A DNA stretch of 63,397 nucleotides, filler included, from Octopus bimaculoides (taxonomy: Eukaryota): NCBI RefSeq assembly GCF_001194135.2. It is 8 parts of 8 records of this genome, joined end to end, with 100 filler letters (N's around TTAATTAATTAA, not from the genome) between each part and the next. Parts side by side here need not be neighbours in the genome. Positions count along the whole stretch, not along the records: positions 57,461 to 63,397 come from NC_069006.1; 7 more parts are not named here. One strand, written 5' to 3'. Under the pieces are notes generated by a model. It was given only the letters and a program-made list of their open reading frames with translations. It did no database searches and was not told the origin of the DNA. Made by a program: the position numbers and the translations under genes. Position 1 is the stretch's first letter, and each line of letters starts with the position of its first letter. Shown piece by piece: positions 62,683-63,397 of this stretch.

Positions 62683-63342
62683 TAGAATGTATAATTTTCA
62701 CGTTCATATTTTTTCTCACTGCCAAAGTTGATGAACATATAGCGGTACCTAAAACCGAATCAGAAAATCTCTACTGACATCTAAACTAAACAGCAAGAAG
62801 AACAATAATTATGAAGAAAAAAAAAAGGCCAATAACATTATTACTGTGACAGCGTGGTCACATTTGGAAAGTCGTTGACCATAACAGCACTTCAATTAAG
62901 TCTCTTATGGATATGAGCACCTGCATGTTTGTATGTGTACAGAACTCTTCTTTCAATTTCCACTTGTATGTAGAGTGGGTAGAGAATCTAGCGACAAGCA
63001 GCAGCTTACACTTGCATTGTATTTATATTTAAATTAAGTTTTAAAGGCAGTCTTGGCTAATCTCCTAGATCGGACCTACAGTACATTCTGACCTCACCTC
63101 AAAACAAACACTACTTAACGCTTTATAAATGTATGTGTATTGAGACCCTAGAATATATGAGTGTGCATATGTCTATGCGTACATGTATGTATTGATACCG
63201 CTCTCTCTCTTCCTACCCTTCTCTCTTCCTTCTTTTCTCTCTCTCAGTATTTATATATATATACAGATAGATATGTATGTAGGCGTAACTATCTATGTAC
63301 CAATCTGTGTCAGTTTAAACACACACGCATGCATATACATAT

Positions 63343-63397
<55 letters not shown>

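Overview
AT-rich, microsatellite-saturated metazoan DNA from a draft assembly, with about 14% N by my tally. The SINE families and repeat landscape look like a coleoid cephalopod, most likely Octopus (inference, not checked). I found no intact, identifiable protein-coding gene; most ORFs in the track are translations of microsatellites or N-gaps. The window is a mosaic of several tRNA-headed SINE families with shuffled bodies and tails, DNA-transposon MITEs (Tc1/mariner, piggyBac, hAT, Helitron, Helentron-like) and decayed retroelements (Gypsy, Penelope-like GIY-YIG, R4/Dong-like restriction-like-endonuclease LINE). A few isolated candidate exons lie on both strands. Two observations stand out. 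(1) A tRNA-headed SINE carries a minimal type I hammerhead-ribozyme motif with a palindromic helix III; two copies have an intact core (44245-44290 and 47379-47425) and one is dead. (2) A full-length, essentially perfect U6 snRNA copy (2084-2190, minus strand) is joined at its oligo-U end to a SINE/LINE 3' tail and sits downstream of a SINE head. Neither is shown to be undescribed or active; both need genome-wide and experimental checks.
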